From: Candidatus Micrarchaeota archaeon
GTDB taxonomy: Archaea > Micrarchaeota > Micrarchaeia > Micrarchaeales > CABMGC01
Length of the DNA stretch: 64,000 bases
Reading direction: 5' to 3'
NCBI GenBank assembly: GCA_027365175.1
Contig: DAHXNY010000001.1
Location: 51,052 to 115,051, forward strand
The notes beneath the pieces were generated by a model that saw only the letters and a list, made by a program, of their open reading frames with translations, was not told where the DNA came from and made no database searches. Positions within the stretch are counted from its first letter, which is position 1; every line of letters starts with the position of its first letter. A program made the translations under genes and the position numbers. Shown in pieces: positions 63,717 to 64,000 of this stretch.

Positions 63717-63989
63717 TCATATCTTCCTACGTGTACCTAGGAAATCCCTGATACCAGTTACTGCTTCTGTCTGCACCAGTTCCCTATTTACCCTTATCAA
63801 TTCAACAAATTTTGCATCTCTCCCATTCTTCCACTCTACTATACTGTCGCGAACATTGCATATCGCCTTGCTATGGGATTCTCCTATAGGATACCCATCA
63901 ACCCAAGCCTGCGCGAAACGCTTCTGTGCCTGTCTTGCAAGAGGGCTTCCAGGCATTCTATCCGAGCACCCGGAAATTTCAACATGCAC
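63717..63989 (-). CDS. hypothetical protein, possibly 5'-truncated by the window edge
   Basis: The frame is open to the window end upstream of the GTG at 63989. No family recognised. Confidence 0.4.
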   Translation of the reverse strand: MHVEISGCSDRMPGSPLARQAQKRFAQAWVDGYPIGESHSKAICNVRDSIVEWKNGRDAKFVELIRVNRELVQTEAVTGIRDFLGTRRKI

Positions 63990-64000
63990 CTCGTTTCCGC

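Overview
The window is a gene-dense archaeal chromosome segment of about 70 features, dominated by informational genes. Replication and repair genes: mcm, a GINS-like gene, gyrB-gyrA, radA and an Lhr-type helicase. Transcription genes: the rpoH-rpoB''-rpoB'-rpoA'-rpoA'' operon with split B and A subunits, and TFE. Translation and RNA-processing genes: metG, cysS, trpS, SRP54, aIF2-alpha, L44e, an unlisted L41e micro-ORF, kae1/bud32, diphthine synthase, RNase P Rpp30/Pop5, an Sm protein, prefoldin beta and a DRG GTPase. There are six tRNA genes (two with introns) and a three-unit tRNA splicing endonuclease. Accessory content is mostly envelope proteins: a 1027-aa pilin-like repeat protein, CARDB-like glycoproteins, a MacB-type ABC system, MFS, flippase, PAP2 and a presenilin homologue. 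I saw no rRNA, CRISPR array, transposase or integrase. The combination of a three-unit EndA, a non-canonical tRNA intron, split rpoB, gyrase and tight gene packing suggests a small-genome DPANN/ARMAN-like (Micrarchaeota-type) archaeon. That is inference only and cannot be verified here. Most interesting observations: (1) An inverted 16-bp repeat brackets a 78-bp spacer of ~17% GC between the GINS-like gene and tRNAi-Met, and an exact 19-mer copy lies upstream of mcm. This is a candidate origin/ORB-like element or a replication-gene operator. (2) Two conserved genes (PAC2-like and Rpp30) have conserved N-termini reachable only from CTG codons, each placed behind the house Shine-Dalgarno geometry (G)GTGA-N4-start. 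(3) tRNA-Ala(GGC) carries a 30-nt intron at 59/60, and tRNA-Ile has anticodon UAU. (4) A giant class-III-signal-peptide surface protein combines InlB-B-type repeats with an ALK-like glycine-rich domain. (5) A 1.4-kb islet bounded by a duplicated tRNA-Glu 3' end carries a single ATPase-nuclease gene.
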